This document shows positions 63,369 to 64,000 of a stretch of 64,000 nucleotides of DNA, one piece after another (position 1 is the stretch's first letter; every line of letters starts with the position of its first letter). The translations under genes and the position numbers were made by a program. Below the pieces are notes generated by a model, which did no database searches, was not told the origin of the DNA, and worked only from the letters and a program-made list of their open reading frames with translations. Source of the DNA: Fibrobacteria bacterium (GTDB lineage: Bacteria; Fibrobacterota; Fibrobacteria; UBA11236); contig JAYTHY010000023.1 in assembly GCA_043732185.1 (NCBI GenBank), forward strand, positions 32,001 through 96,000. Reading direction: 5' to 3'.

Positions 63369-64000
63369 ATGATCATGCACACACTTACTCTCTCAATTCT
63401 CACGAAACCTTTACGAGCCATTTATAAATGGTTGGATAATGATGCACCGCAGGGAGTAACCTTCGGTCCCGAGGACCGAAAAGTGAGTCACCTCCGGCTT
63501 GCCCCTTTTTGGGCACTCCATCTTATATGTTTCGGCGTATTTTTTGTGGGATACAGTCCTGTAGCCATAACCGTTGCCGTGTTCCTGTACTTTGTGCGCA
63601 TGCATGCCATCACAGGTTGGTACCACCGCTATTTCGCACACCGCACCTTCAAAACGGGTCGGGTGATGCAATTCATTTTCGCCTTCATTGGCAATACCTC
63701 CGCCCAGCGCGGGGCTTTGCATTGGGCATCCCATCATCGGGACCATCACCGTTATTCGGATCAACCGCAGGATCCCCATTCCCCCAAACAACATGGATTT
63801 TGGATCAGCCACACACTCTGGTTTTCCAAACGTGAAAACTCCACTGCCCAAAGTAGAAAGCTGAAAGACTTCGCTGCATTTCCAGAGCTGATGTTCATTG
63901 ACCGCTTTGACTTTGTGGCACCCTTCTGCCTCGGCCTGACATTATTCTTTTTCGGTAAAACTTTGCATCGATTCGCCCCCGGTCTGCACACTAGTGGCGC
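63369..64000 (+). CDS. Acyl-CoA (delta-9 type) fatty acid desaturase, 3'-truncated; absent from ORF track
   Basis: My translation from ATG 63369 gives His boxes ITGWYHRYFAHRTF and WASHHRDHHRYSD..DPHSP. Frame stays open to window end. Confidence 0.92.
   Translation, partial: MIMHTLTLSILTKPLRAIYKWLDNDAPQGVTFGPEDRKVSHLRLAPFWALHLICFGVFFVGYSPVAITVAVFLYFVRMHAITGWYHRYFAHRTFKTGRVMQFIFAFIGNTSAQRGALHWASHHRDHHRYSDQPQDPHSPKQHGFWISHTLWFSKRENSTAQSRKLKDFAAFPELMFIDRFDFVAPFCLGLTLFFFGKTLHRFAPGLHTSG

Noticed and set aside
1..64000. CRISPR array, rRNA, IS elements or defence systems
   Set aside because: No regularly spaced repeats, rRNA-like tracts, transposase or nuclease motifs seen. The window is densely coding with short spacers.

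Overview
Core-genome-like window from a diderm bacterium. The PEGA, TPR and CsgG-like envelope proteins, the AgmX/PglI-type TonB protein and the tamB-tamA gene order suggest Fibrobacterota/FCB group (inference only). I see no integrase, transposase, phage gene or CRISPR array. From left to right: (1) a 5'-truncated sigma54 response regulator, a small HTH protein, and obgE preceded by a near-consensus sigma54 -24/-12 element; (2) a contiguous, largely translationally coupled 16-gene + strand unit (about 3.5-20.9 kb) in which an ExbB/ExbD/ExbD/TonB(AgmX-PglI type) proton-motor module runs straight into a Wza/Wzc/Wzx/Wzy polysaccharide cluster with GT4, GT2 and GT9 glycosyltransferases; (3) housekeeping genes (mltG, polyprenyl synthase, prmA, hemE, queA, pseudouridine synthase, Ppx/GppA, a fused radical SAM protein, acpS); (4) a ferredoxin + geranylgeranyl-reductase-family pair; (5) a - strand envelope/import cluster (tamB, tamA, PEGA, CsgG-like, Pro-rich TPR, TolB-like, TPR, family 5 solute-binding protein, lipoprotein, DppB/DppC, fused DppDF) interrupted by tRNA-Cys; (6) a stand-alone FlhB C-terminal protein, an RsbW/STAS partner-switch triad, a PPIase-TPR lipoprotein and a 3'-truncated acyl-CoA desaturase. 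The best candidates for an undescribed system are the motor-coupled polysaccharide operon and the TPR/TolB-like/ABC import operon. All protein calls come from motif recognition by eye, not from database searches.
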